Origin: a virus
Reading direction: 5' to 3' (one strand)
Length of the DNA: 64,000 nt
Virus record (IMG/VR): IMGVR_UViG_3300009509_000001
Span: 130,577-194,576 of that record
Made by a program: the position numbers and the translations under genes
Part shown: positions 30,282 through 40,011 of the stretch, piece by piece
Layout: every line of letters begins with the position of its first letter
Position numbering within the stretch: position 1 is the stretch's first letter
Notes under the pieces: generated by a model
Databases searched by the model: none
What the model was told of the DNA's origin: nothing
What the model saw: only the letters and a program-made list of their open reading frames with translations

Positions 30282-32351
30282 TTATTCTCCTATTGTGATG
30301 ACTTGATCCGCCACGGCCACGAGCTGTTCCTCGTGCGTCGGGCAGATGATTTTCGTGTTCTTGGTGCGGAAGTGCGCCGCCGCCTGGCCGAGAACCTCGA
30401 TCAGGGCGATACGTGCATCCTTGTCCAGCGCGGTCGTCGGCTCGTCGATCACGAGCAGGCCGCAGCCGCTGCTGAATACGTCCATGAGAGCGAAGCGCAT
30501 GGCCAGCGCCGCACGGACGGCTTCGCCACCGCTGAGAACGGCGGCAGGAACGTCCTTCGAATGGTCGAGATCCACCACGAAGTCCAGACTCTCGTTGAGC
30601 CTGAACGGATAGGGGAACGCGAACATCTTCAGATACTTGTCCATGACCCGGTTGACGGCTCCGATGGAGCCCTGGGCCGCCAGGCGCGGCATGCACTCGA
30701 CGTGCAGCCGGTCGCGACTGAACTGCAACAGGTCCTTGGCTTCCTTGTTTATCTTCGCCTTGTCCATGTCGTTGTGCAGTTGCGAACGCCGGTTTTTCTT
30801 GGCGCCGATGTCGGCACCGAGCATGATCACCTTGTTGTTCAATCCGGCGATCCCGGCACGAGTGTCCTCGTAGGCAGTTACCATCTTTTGCGCGCTGGTG
30901 CGCTGCTCCGGAGTGGACACCTGCTGTTCTTCGAGTTTCTCGATGCTGGCGGTGAGTGCATCGACCTGGCGTTCGATCATGCCGACCTCACGCTCGATCC
31001 GAATACGATCACCCGATGCAGCATAAGCCGCTTCGTACGTTTCCTTGGCCTGGGTATAGGCTTCGACATCGAACTCGGCGAACGCCTTGAGCGTGTCGAG
31101 ACCCGCTTCGCATTGCTCGACGGCGCGCTTGGCGCTTTCGACCTTTGCGTCGTAACCCGCCTGGGCCTGGGTATAGATGGAGATCTTCTGGATCGCTTCG
31201 CCCTGGGCGGCGTGCACCTTGTCGTGCTCCTCCCGTTGCTTGGCGAGTTCCTTTTTGACCTCCTCGATGTCGAAGTCGACTTTCAGCGTCTGGTTACAGG
31301 TCGGGCAGACGCCCGTGCCGAAACCACGGATCTTGGCCTCCAGCTGGCCGACGGCATCGCGCAGGCCCTGAAGACGCTTGGCCTCGTCCTGCGAGCAGAT
31401 CGCGTAGACCTCGTCGTCCGGCTTCACCGGGGGCGTCAACTCCGCCAGCTGGTCCTGGTATGCGTTCAGGTCCTTCCGGGCCTTCTCGTAATGCAGGTGA
31501 TTCTGGTAGGAGTTGTGGTCGGGCGGCTCGGCGTCGACTGTGGTCGGAAGAGCGGCAAGCCGCTCCTGGGCGTCCTTCAGCTTGGTCCGCTCGAGCTCGA
31601 GCGCGCTTTTCTTGGCGGCCAAATCCCGATCCCGGTAGTCGCTGGCGGGCAGCTGCAGGACGACGAGCGCCGACTTGTAGCCGGCCTCCACGCCGGGCGT
31701 GAGCTTAGCCTGGAGCTCGGCCAAACTCTGTTCGGACTGCACCAGCTCCGCCTCCTTGACCTCGATGTCCTTGTCGAGCTGCTCGAGATCGAGCGTCCGG
31801 TCGGGCATGTCGGCGATGAGGTCGCTCGCATCCTTGAGCACGACCCTGAGCGTTTCGGCACGGTCGAGTCCCATCATGGAATTGAGGAGCTTGGCGCGAG
31901 GCGTGTGCTCGATTCGCATGAGCTCGTCGAAACGGCCCTGCAACGCGAACGTGATGTACTCGAGCGAAGCACCGGTGGCACCGATCAACGGGTCGAGGAA
32001 GTCGGTTACTTCGGCCTTTTTGTTCAGTGGATCGTCAAGCCAGCTGCACTCGAGATAATGCTTGATCGAGGTACCGCCGGTCTTGTCGTTGTGCTTGAGC
32101 TCGCGCTGCACCGTGAGGGAGCCGCGATCGGTGACGGCGTCCATGGCCACGAAGCCTGTCTGCCGTCCGTCACGGACCAGGTTTCCCGGCCCGTAAACCT
32201 CGCCCTTCATATTCAGGTAGATCGACCTGACGAAGTTCGATTTGCCGCCGCCATTCGGTGCGATGAGCACGATAAGGCCGGGGCCGAGTTTATAGTCGAA
32301 TTTGGCATACTGGCAGAAGTTACTGCCGTACACCCGTTGGATGTCCATCAT
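30282..32351 (-). CDS. sbcC: SbcC/Rad50-like SMC ATPase
   Basis: APNGGGKS Walker A, FALQG Q-loop, long coiled coil with a central CPTC hook, LSGGE signature, IDEPTTALD Walker B/D-loop, THE H-loop. Confidence 0.9.
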   Translation of the reverse strand: MMDIQRVYGSNFCQYAKFDYKLGPGLIVLIAPNGGGKSNFVRSIYLNMKGEVYGPGNLVRDGRQTGFVAMDAVTDRGSLTVQRELKHNDKTGGTSIKHYLECSWLDDPLNKKAEVTDFLDPLIGATGASLEYITFALQGRFDELMRIEHTPRAKLLNSMMGLDRAETLRVVLKDASDLIADMPDRTLDLEQLDKDIEVKEAELVQSEQSLAELQAKLTPGVEAGYKSALVVLQLPASDYRDRDLAAKKSALELERTKLKDAQERLAALPTTVDAEPPDHNSYQNHLHYEKARKDLNAYQDQLAELTPPVKPDDEVYAICSQDEAKRLQGLRDAVGQLEAKIRGFGTGVCPTCNQTLKVDFDIEEVKKELAKQREEHDKVHAAQGEAIQKISIYTQAQAGYDAKVESAKRAVEQCEAGLDTLKAFAEFDVEAYTQAKETYEAAYAASGDRIRIEREVGMIERQVDALTASIEKLEEQQVSTPEQRTSAQKMVTAYEDTRAGIAGLNNKVIMLGADIGAKKNRRSQLHNDMDKAKINKEAKDLLQFSRDRLHVECMPRLAAQGSIGAVNRVMDKYLKMFAFPYPFRLNESLDFVVDLDHSKDVPAAVLSGGEAVRAALAMRFALMDVFSSGCGLLVIDEPTTALDKDARIALIEVLGQAAAHFRTKNTKIICPTHEEQLVAVADQVITIGE

Positions 32352-32495
32352 CGTTCATTATCCTTTTTGTAGTTTCCAGAAATAAACCGCCCCGGACCTC
32401 GGGCGTCCATGGGGTGATGACCCCCGGGGACCGGCGCAGTTGCTTATGTCTGGAGAACATAATTCATGTAAATGTAACGGGTACCGCCAGTGGTA

Positions 32496-33659
32496 TCAAG
32501 CCATGCGGAGGATTTCATGGACTGCACAGAATTCCAGGCTGGTCTGAATGCCCTCGGGCGGATTCTCAACCATGTGCTGGAACGCCCTGTGGCCACGGAT
32601 CTTGTTCGTATAGCCTGGACCTTTGAGCAGGTTCTTGGACGCGATGTCGTCCATGCTGATGTTGCCGCCGTTGGCCTGGATCTCCTTCACGATCGCCTGC
32701 ATCTTCTGACCGAAGGTCATGCCGTCGGTCTTGCTGAGCAGGAACGGTTTGAGCCGCTGCGGAAGCTCGAAGCCCCGCTGCCTGCTCAGCTCGATGAGCG
32801 TGTAGATCACGTTGCAGTGGTGCTGCATCGCACGGAGCCGCCGCCGGAAGTAACGGGTGGTGTTCAACCGCTCGTTGACGACCAGACCGACGATCTTCTT
32901 GCGCTGGTTGCCGGTCTTGAGCGTGTACTTCTTCGTATTGATGCTGAGGTTCAACATCTCGAGAAGCGCCACGGTGCGCCCGTAGGCCCGCTGCACGCCC
33001 TCCTTGCTGTCGCCGCTGAAGATCAGGTCGTCGGCGTACCTGGTGTACGCCACCTTCTCGTTGTAGCCGGCCCAGGCCGCCCGGTAATCCAGACGACAGA
33101 GCAGCACGTTGCTCAGCAACGGCGAAGTCGGTGCGCCCTGCGGAAGCCGCAGACCCTTGCCGTCCTCGAAGTCGCAGAAACACATTTTGAGCAGCGGAAG
33201 CACGTCGGTCGTGTACTTGATGAACCAGTCGCCGGTCTTGACCATGCGGCGCTTGCCGAAGACGTATTCCATCACCCCGGAATACGACTTGAAGGTCTTG
33301 CCGCCGGCATTAGGATCGGCCTCGGGATCGAAGTGCGCCCACTTGACGCTCGGGAAGAAGTCGCTGAGATCAGCCGTGAGCACCACTTCGGCCCTCACAT
33401 GCGGCAATGCCGCGCTGGCGATATTCTTGCCGCGCACGAAAGCGTGGGCGAAATGGCTGACCTCCAGCATGAACTCCAGCTTTCGCAGCACGATCCGCTG
33501 CTGAGCTTTGAGCTCATCGTTGGGGGCCTCGATCTGGCGGAGGCCGCCGCTCTTCTTGGGCTCGAAGGAAATATGGTACTGATCCTTCGTGCTGAACTTG
33601 TTCCGCATGGGAAGCAGGTCGATGTCGAAGTCAGCCGGATTGGCGTCTTGAACTGACAT
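32496..33659 (-). CDS. retron-type reverse transcriptase
   Basis: KKSGGLRQIEAP, HAFVRGKNI, region-X-like AALPH, DLSDFFPS, LPQGAPTSPLLSN, YTRYADDLIFS, region-Y-like IVGLVVN; no maturase or endonuclease domain. Confidence 0.88.
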   Translation of the reverse strand: MSVQDANPADFDIDLLPMRNKFSTKDQYHISFEPKKSGGLRQIEAPNDELKAQQRIVLRKLEFMLEVSHFAHAFVRGKNIASAALPHVRAEVVLTADLSDFFPSVKWAHFDPEADPNAGGKTFKSYSGVMEYVFGKRRMVKTGDWFIKYTTDVLPLLKMCFCDFEDGKGLRLPQGAPTSPLLSNVLLCRLDYRAAWAGYNEKVAYTRYADDLIFSGDSKEGVQRAYGRTVALLEMLNLSINTKKYTLKTGNQRKKIVGLVVNERLNTTRYFRRRLRAMQHHCNVIYTLIELSRQRGFELPQRLKPFLLSKTDGMTFGQKMQAIVKEIQANGGNISMDDIASKNLLKGPGYTNKIRGHRAFQHMVENPPEGIQTSLEFCAVHEILRMA

Positions 33660-34032
33660 TTGGTTTGTTCTCCTGTATGAGTCGTTTCAACTCGGATACT
33701 TCGTCGCAGAAGGTATCCACGTTCTTTGCTGTGCAGATTTCACAGATCATGGCTACGCACCACGATTCGCTGAAACCGTTTCGATGGTACCTCGTCCAGA
33801 CCCCACGACCGATGAACCCCGGTGCCGGGTTATCCGGCAGCTTGGACAACATGTCGTTGGGCCTGGCGAAGTGGAACTTGTGCGGTACGGCGGGCACGCC
33901 GAACACGGCCGCCAGGCAGACGCCATTGCGGCAGCACGTGACGATGGTCTCCGTCGGGCCGTAGCCCTTGTCGACGATGCCCTCGAAGCTCATCGTGTAC
34001 TTCGACGTCTTGCCGCAATGCATGCACTGCAT
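33631..34032 (-). CDS. Cys-rich hypothetical protein overlapping the RT start
   Basis: CxxC pairs; 29-nt overlap with the RT ORF. Confidence 0.5.
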   Translation of the reverse strand: MQCMHCGKTSKYTMSFEGIVDKGYGPTETIVTCCRNGVCLAAVFGVPAVPHKFHFARPNDMLSKLPDNPAPGFIGRGVWTRYHRNGFSESWCVAMICEICTAKNVDTFCDEVSELKRLIQENKPNVSSRRQSG

Positions 34033-34033
34033 A

Positions 34034-35392
34034 TCAATCTCCTGTTTTCAGGTAGGTTATGGATTCACAGTAGGGACTCAGCGTCTGCACGTTCTTGTCG
34101 CGGGTGAGCACCAGCATTCGATGGATTTCACCTGCAAGATCGTTGAAGCAGCTCTGGATGTCGGAGTCGCCGTCGGTGAAGCAGATGAGCGCTTCGACGG
34201 GATCTTCTTCCATGTACTCGAGTACCCACTTGACGACGGGCTTGTGGCTCGTGCCACCGCGGCCCGTGAGCTTCACTTTGGCGAGAAGCTCGTCCTTGTC
34301 GGTTTCGCGCAGGTTCATGACCTTCGGCGGCCCGGCGTCGCTCCACAGGAATATGATGTGGACGCTCTCGAAAGAGTCCAATATTCCGTAGAGTTCGGTT
34401 ACGGCTGCTTCCAGCTCTCCCCTGCTCATGCTTCCGGACGTGTCGATGTGGCAGATGACGCGAACGCCTTCCCGGTTTGGACCCGGAAACACCACGTCAT
34501 AGGAATACGACCAGCTTGTGCGTCGCGGCCGCCGATAGGTGTAACCGGCCTCGGCGATCGGCTGCACGAAATTCTGCAGCTGTCCGCGCCAGTCGACCTT
34601 CGGGTCCATCAACTTGTTGAGCGCTTCGACCAACGAGGCCGGGATGTTTCCCTTGCCATCGCCCGCCCGCGCCAGCACACCGGCCGACCGGACCATCCAG
34701 TCCGCCGCCGCCTGTGCCTTCTCGGCCGGGTCCATCTTGTCGAGCCACCCGTCGTGGCCACAGTCGCCCATGGCCTCGCCGATGGCGTCGGCAAGCATCT
34801 GCTCGAGCTCTTCGCGCTGCTTCTGTACCTGCGGCTCGCATTCCTCGCGCATCTTCTCGAAGAACCGGACGATCTCGTCGTAGAGTTGCTCGGCGCTCTT
34901 CTTGTGGATGCCATGTATGCGCATGACGAACTTCTTGCCGGGGAACGGCTCGAACGTCTGGGTGTACGTACCTTCCTTCGTCGGCATGATGACGCCGCCG
35001 GGTAGGTCCTCGAGGTCCTTCTCGAGACCCATTTCGTAGAACATGTAATTGACCTTGAGGTCGCATGCATAGTTCCAGGCCCGCAGCAGCATCATGATGC
35101 GGCCGGTGACCTGCCCGTTTTCGAACGCGCGAACGATCTCTTCGGGTACACGGAACACGTGGAGCAGAATGAGATGCAGGATCTCGTGGATCAGCACCGC
35201 GATGATGTGCCGGAACGTCAGGGCTTCCACCCATTCGGCGTTGTAGTGCAGAACCGACTTGTTGTCGACTCCCATCCGCTGCGACTTGTCCTCCTGCGGC
35301 CTGGGCTGCAGGTAGACGAGCGTGTCACCGGCGAACGGGTAGTCGGACCGGAGTTTCATCCGGCCCTTCATGATCTGACCTGCGGCCGTCAT
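34034..35392 (-). CDS. VWA-like domain protein with N-terminal HExxH metallopeptidase-like domain (DUF2201 type)
   Basis: HEILH, WNYACDLKVN, IDTSGSMS MIDAS, GRGGTSH and CFTDG. Confidence 0.85.
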   Translation of the reverse strand: MTAAGQIMKGRMKLRSDYPFAGDTLVYLQPRPQEDKSQRMGVDNKSVLHYNAEWVEALTFRHIIAVLIHEILHLILLHVFRVPEEIVRAFENGQVTGRIMMLLRAWNYACDLKVNYMFYEMGLEKDLEDLPGGVIMPTKEGTYTQTFEPFPGKKFVMRIHGIHKKSAEQLYDEIVRFFEKMREECEPQVQKQREELEQMLADAIGEAMGDCGHDGWLDKMDPAEKAQAAADWMVRSAGVLARAGDGKGNIPASLVEALNKLMDPKVDWRGQLQNFVQPIAEAGYTYRRPRRTSWSYSYDVVFPGPNREGVRVICHIDTSGSMSRGELEAAVTELYGILDSFESVHIIFLWSDAGPPKVMNLRETDKDELLAKVKLTGRGGTSHKPVVKWVLEYMEEDPVEALICFTDGDSDIQSCFNDLAGEIHRMLVLTRDKNVQTLSPYCESITYLKTGD

Positions 35393-36567
35393 TCAGCCAA
35401 CCCGCCGATGTCTTTGGCGATGCCGATGAGCATGTCGCGCAGCTTCTGGTACCGGGTGGTGCCGGTCACCGCACGGATGAACGGAGTTCCGACCTGCGTG
35501 CGCAGCATGTACAGCTGCGTGTCGAGCAGGTCGTTGTCCTCGACCTCGTTCAGGAAGTTCAAGCCCTGGCTGAGGACCTGGTTGTTCTCCTTGGACGTGC
35601 CGCTGAGCCACAGGCTGAAGGCGACCTTCTGATCCCACGGGCACGCCGCATACAGCGTCGGGTCCTGCAGGATCGCCGGGCCGCGCCGGCTCATGTCGTG
35701 GTTCAGCACCGCCTGGAACTTGGCGGCGGCACCGCTGCCGACCCGGCCGGCGATCAGGGTGATGAACAGATCCTTCTGCCGCACATGGTCGATCGGCTTT
35801 ACGATGTCGCTGGAAATATGCCAGGAGCGGTGGGTGCAGAACGCATCTTCCCGCCGGTCGGCGAGCTCCTGGTAGATCAGGTCAGGGCACGACCGCATCA
35901 GCACCACGATCCGGGGGTCGATCTCGTTGAGCTCGGCCCAGAGACACCATTCCTGCGCGGTCGGCTGGATGAGCTCGTGAAAGCTCAGGCGATTCTTGTG
36001 GTGCTCCGGCAGCCTGGTGACGGCGCACTTGTCCTCCGGCCGGTTGCTGGCGGCGACGCGCTTTACCGTGGGCTGAAGGCGAACGTCACCGCAGCGGCCA
36101 CGCAGATACGCCTCGGCGAAGGTCTTCTGGACCTCCACCCGGCCCTGCAGAACTTCGTCCATGAAGAACAGTCCCGCGATGCCGGGAAGGCTGAAGATCC
36201 GGATAAGCTTCTGCGGGTACCACTCCATGACCTTGAGTTCGCGGTTCGGCACACCGATACCCTTCATGTCCTCCGGGTTCGAAGCCAGGACGTCGTAGAA
36301 GGCGATCAGATATGTCTTCTCCCTGAGGTCCTGGTCGGTCAGCAGCTGCTTAGCCATCTCTTCATCGACGTCAGCCCAGTCGACGTAGGTGCGGCCCTGC
36401 CGTGCGGCCTCCTGGCGGCCGTAGAGTTCGACGCCATAGGTCTTGCCGACGCCGGTGTTTGCCAGAAGCATGACGCAAGCGTCGGCATCGAAGATCGCTT
36501 TCAGCGTGTCGGGGAGCATGGTGTGGGTTACGCGGTTGAGCTTGATCAGCTCAGGTTGATTTTCCAT
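35389..36567 (-). CDS. AAA+ ATPase (MoxR-like partner of the VWA protein)
   Basis: ANTGVGKT Walker A, FFMDEV Walker B, AASNRPED sensor, NRL arginine finger; start re-placed at MENQPE. Confidence 0.85.
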   Translation of the reverse strand: MENQPELIKLNRVTHTMLPDTLKAIFDADACVMLLANTGVGKTYGVELYGRQEAARQGRTYVDWADVDEEMAKQLLTDQDLREKTYLIAFYDVLASNPEDMKGIGVPNRELKVMEWYPQKLIRIFSLPGIAGLFFMDEVLQGRVEVQKTFAEAYLRGRCGDVRLQPTVKRVAASNRPEDKCAVTRLPEHHKNRLSFHELIQPTAQEWCLWAELNEIDPRIVVLMRSCPDLIYQELADRREDAFCTHRSWHISSDIVKPIDHVRQKDLFITLIAGRVGSGAAAKFQAVLNHDMSRRGPAILQDPTLYAACPWDQKVAFSLWLSGTSKENNQVLSQGLNFLNEVEDNDLLDTQLYMLRTQVGTPFIRAVTGTTRYQKLRDMLIGIAKDIGGLAE

Positions 36568-36580
36568 TGGGTATGTTCTC

Positions 36581-37680
36581 CTAGATGTTGAAGGGTGAGA
36601 CCAGCGTATGGTGGACAACCTGTACGCGGCCTCGTTCGTTTATGATTTTCGCTGCCCATGCCGATTCGGTGTTATCACCCTGTGCACCCATCAGCAATTC
36701 AAGTTCCCGTTCGTCCCAGGAGGGGTTGGGCACCCACTCCAGGAAGATTGCCGGGAACGTTCCGGCGTCCCGGGGCCGAGTATCGAAACTCAGCTCGCCG
36801 GTGTTGTGGTACACTCTGTTCCCGCGCAAGGCATGGAACGGCGTGTCCGGTCGGTCGACTTCGACTTCCATGATGTCCATGATCATAACCTTGCCGACAG
36901 CTGCTTGAACTGGTCAAGCTTCTGCTTAGCCTTCTTGTTTTCGCGTTTGAGGTCGCCGTGCTCCTTCTCCAGCGTGTTGAATTTCGCCTGCAGCCGGAGC
37001 AGTTCGTCCGTCTTGGATTGCAGCTGCTTCTCGAGCTTCTGCTTCTCTTCGACGTGCCGGACGTTGTCGGCCACCGCCGCCGCAAGCTCCTCCTGCAGCT
37101 TGGTGTTGTCGCCGCCGTTCAATCCCTTCTGCGCGAACAGCAGGATCTCCTGTAGCGGCACGTCCTTGACCAGCTCGTACAGCTCGCAGTCGGTGACCAC
37201 CTTGTGGCCGGATTCCTCCATGATCTCGACCAGCTCCTCCATTTCGTCCGGCGCGATGTTCTGCGACATGTCGATCTGGATGGTCTGCTTGTGATAGTCG
37301 GGGGTTTCCGGTTCCGCCGGCGGACGTACGGGTATACCTTCCGCTTCACGTTTTCGACACTCGGCTTCGAGCACCTCAAGGAATGCACAGATGTCCTCCT
37401 GTTGGTTGATGATCGTCGCCTTGTCGCGGGTCGTCTTGCCGCCCCATCCCTTGGACATGCCGTCCTTGTTGACTTTGTGCAGCGCATTACTGACGTTCGT
37501 CTTCATGCAGCCGGCGGCCGCCGTGGTCAGGCCCAGTGCCTCGTCGTCGAGTTCACGGGCGAAAGCAACTTGATCCTGAACGTTCTCTCGAAGCGCCTTC
37601 ACCCAGCATTTGCGTGCATTGGCGTCGATGCGTCCTTTCACGTATCTGCTTCCGGCTAAGTTGGTTTGTCTTCCAGCCAT
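36581..37680 (-). other. two hypothetical genes (36581-36886; 36883-37680 with C-terminal coiled coil)
   Basis: Overlapping co-directional ORFs. Confidence 0.55.
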
Positions 37681-37695
37681 TGTCTGTCTCTCCTT

Positions 37696-38691
37696 CTAGG
37701 TTGGTCCGGCGTTCTCGCCAAAGGCGCCTGCCGGGAGTGTCCAGTTTCTCACTATGATCGGCGCCGTGTACTCGGTCGAAAGCGCCTGCAGGATAAGGAG
37801 CGGGTCCATGTCCTGGTAGGGCTTTGCCTTCTGCACGCGCTCGATTAGACTTTTCGTCCGATGGATGGTCTTGCCGAAGTCGGCCTCCAGCTGCGCCAGC
37901 ATGTCGAACCGGTCCGGGTCGATCTTCTTCACGGATGCCCACTGGGAGTCCGATCCGAAAATGCACGTCATACAGCTTAACCTGCCCCACCCGAGCCTAT
38001 AGCAAGGGTGAACGAGGACACTGTAACGCTCGATAATCTCCCAGACGTCCGCTTCCTTCCAGGCGTGTACCGGCCGCCAGGCGTCGACGTGGCGCTTGAC
38101 TTTCGGACCCCAGGTGTGGCAGCGGTGCTCCTCGAACTCCTTGTAGTTGGCGCGGGCCGACGACTCTTCGGCGCGTTCGCCGGTGAGTACCAGTACCCGC
38201 TTTCCGATGAACCGCGGACTGTTGTTGATTGCGCCGCTGCCGACGTCGATCTTCAGCTGCCCGCTGCACCAGCGCTGTATCAGGTTGGCGGTCACCTGCG
38301 GATACATGAGCCTCGTCGAGATCTTTCCGTTCTTTCCGCCGACCTGGCTGAAAGTGCCGTCCGGATTCTCGAATATAATCGGGTTGGATCGGGCGTTCTT
38401 CTTCATCATCTCCGCTCTGAACCCACCGACCCTCCAGCTGAAGTAGATCGGTATGTTGAAAGCGGCGGCGAATGCCTTGCAGAAGGCGGGCGTCGCCGGC
38501 CAGTCCATGAAGGTTCCTCCTTCACGGCCGTCGACCTCGTGATGCCAGAGCTCGAGCTTGTGGGCAAACCCGAGGTAGATGAGGTAGAGGACCATGGCGA
38601 TCGAATCCTTCCCGCCGCTGAACATGATGATGATATGGTCGTAGGACTCAAGGTCCTTTTTCGACATGTTCGATGTTGTGTTCAGTATCAT
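37696..38691 (-). CDS. phosphoadenosine phosphosulfate (PAPS) reductase-family protein
   Basis: MFSGGKDS PP-loop, RWCSGQLK, GERAEESSARA and GWGRLSCMTCIF. Confidence 0.8.
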   Translation of the reverse strand: MILNTTSNMSKKDLESYDHIIIMFSGGKDSIAMVLYLIYLGFAHKLELWHHEVDGREGGTFMDWPATPAFCKAFAAAFNIPIYFSWRVGGFRAEMMKKNARSNPIIFENPDGTFSQVGGKNGKISTRLMYPQVTANLIQRWCSGQLKIDVGSGAINNSPRFIGKRVLVLTGERAEESSARANYKEFEEHRCHTWGPKVKRHVDAWRPVHAWKEADVWEIIERYSVLVHPCYRLGWGRLSCMTCIFGSDSQWASVKKIDPDRFDMLAQLEADFGKTIHRTKSLIERVQKAKPYQDMDPLLILQALSTEYTAPIIVRNWTLPAGAFGENAGPT

Positions 38692-39471
38692 AGACGGTTG
38701 CGTATTCCTTTGAGTTAAGGGCGAGTGTCGTCGCCTGGGCCTTGGTCAATATGACGTAACCCTGCGGCGATGAATCCCGCGTACCGACGCGTCGGCGGAC
38801 GACCACGCAATGGGCGTCGAACGCCCGGTACATGGTCTCCGCCTTGCGGCAGGCTTTCGTGCGTTCGTCGTTCGGATAGACCAAGTCCATCACATGTTCT
38901 CCATGTTCGGGATCACTACCGTGTCGTAGTAACACTTGAACATCTTGGCGGCCGTGACGGCATCTTCGCGGGAGCTGAATGCAAACCGCTGGATGTCGCC
39001 GTTCGGCACGTAGGAGCTCGGGCAGATCTCGGCGTACCACTTCTGCTCCGGCCACGTGACGATCAACCGGAGACTGTCCGTCGACTTGGCGGGAACCAGC
39101 GTAAGCTCGCCGTCTGATTCCATCCAGGCGTCGTCGGCCGTATGCGGCCATTCCAGTTGAAGGTCGGCCAGCACGCTTTTCAGCATGATGTTTACCCATG
39201 CCTGCTTACGACTGTCCATCGGACCCTCCTTTGTGCCGAGAAAGGGCGGCCCGGCGTTTGAAGACGGGCTCGGTCATGCGGTACGGCGTGTCGTGATACG
39301 CGCAGCCGTCGAGGACGAGATACGCATAGGGGTGCCGGTATTTGTTCCCGGCCTTGCCGTGCGTGCGGATCTCGACGAGCTCGCACCGCTCGATGATCAG
39401 GCTGCCTTCGGACGTCATCGAGGCGATGTATACGATGTCGCCGACCTGGACGTCGTTGTTCTGACTGTCAA

Positions 39472-40011
39472 TCATTGGTTGTTCTCCTTCTGTATTCTTT
39501 CAGCTTGACGCATGCTTTCGATCACGTCCTGCTCTACCTGCGTACGCAGCCTGCTTCTGTGCTCATCCGAGTGCTGGTGCGATACTTTCGATGCCGCCGA
39601 CGGTCCGGGCGCCAGCATACTCGTGTCGTTACCGTGCATCCGCCTGAGGCTGTGGGTTATGTCGTGGCATTCCGCGCAAAACAACAGTATGTTGTCCAGC
39701 TCGGTCGAACCCCCTTGTGCAACGGGGATGATATGGTGCGCCTTAACCCACACGCGCTCCTTTCCGAACCGGCCACGAAGGCAGCACTGACAATAGTATC
39801 CGCCTATTTTCTCGGCTTTCCGCTTTACCAGTCCAGCCGTATTGTAGGATCGGCCGGTGCGTATCTTGGCTACACAGCATATGTAAGCTCCACATCGTGC
39901 ACAGTTGGCTATAAGCTGACCGTTGACCATGACCGTTGTATGTTCGGTTGTCCGGCAACTTCTGCAGGGACCTATCGAAGAAAGGTCATACCCATCTGTG
40001 CTTTCACTCAT
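39472..40011 (-). CDS. HNH endonuclease with Zn-binding motifs
   Basis: CQCC...AHHIIPVAQGGSTELDNILLFCAECHDITH; start re-placed at MSESTD. Confidence 0.85.
   Translation of the reverse strand: MSESTDGYDLSSIGPCRSCRTTEHTTVMVNGQLIANCARCGAYICCVAKIRTGRSYNTAGLVKRKAEKIGGYYCQCCLRGRFGKERVWVKAHHIIPVAQGGSTELDNILLFCAECHDITHSLRRMHGNDTSMLAPGPSAASKVSHQHSDEHRSRLRTQVEQDVIESMRQAERIQKENNQ

Noticed and set aside
19069-32372. Very long + strand ORFs (19069-21759, 22738-24432, 27882-29249, 30261-32372 and similar)
   Set aside because: Antisense shadows of strongly codon-biased minus-strand genes; no motifs and no RBS
32496-33659. RT as part of a diversity-generating retroelement or group II intron
   Set aside because: Motifs are retron-like (PQGAPTSP, YADD). 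I saw no TR/VR repeat pair differing at adenines, no Avd-like gene, no maturase or endonuclease domain, and no interrupted host gene
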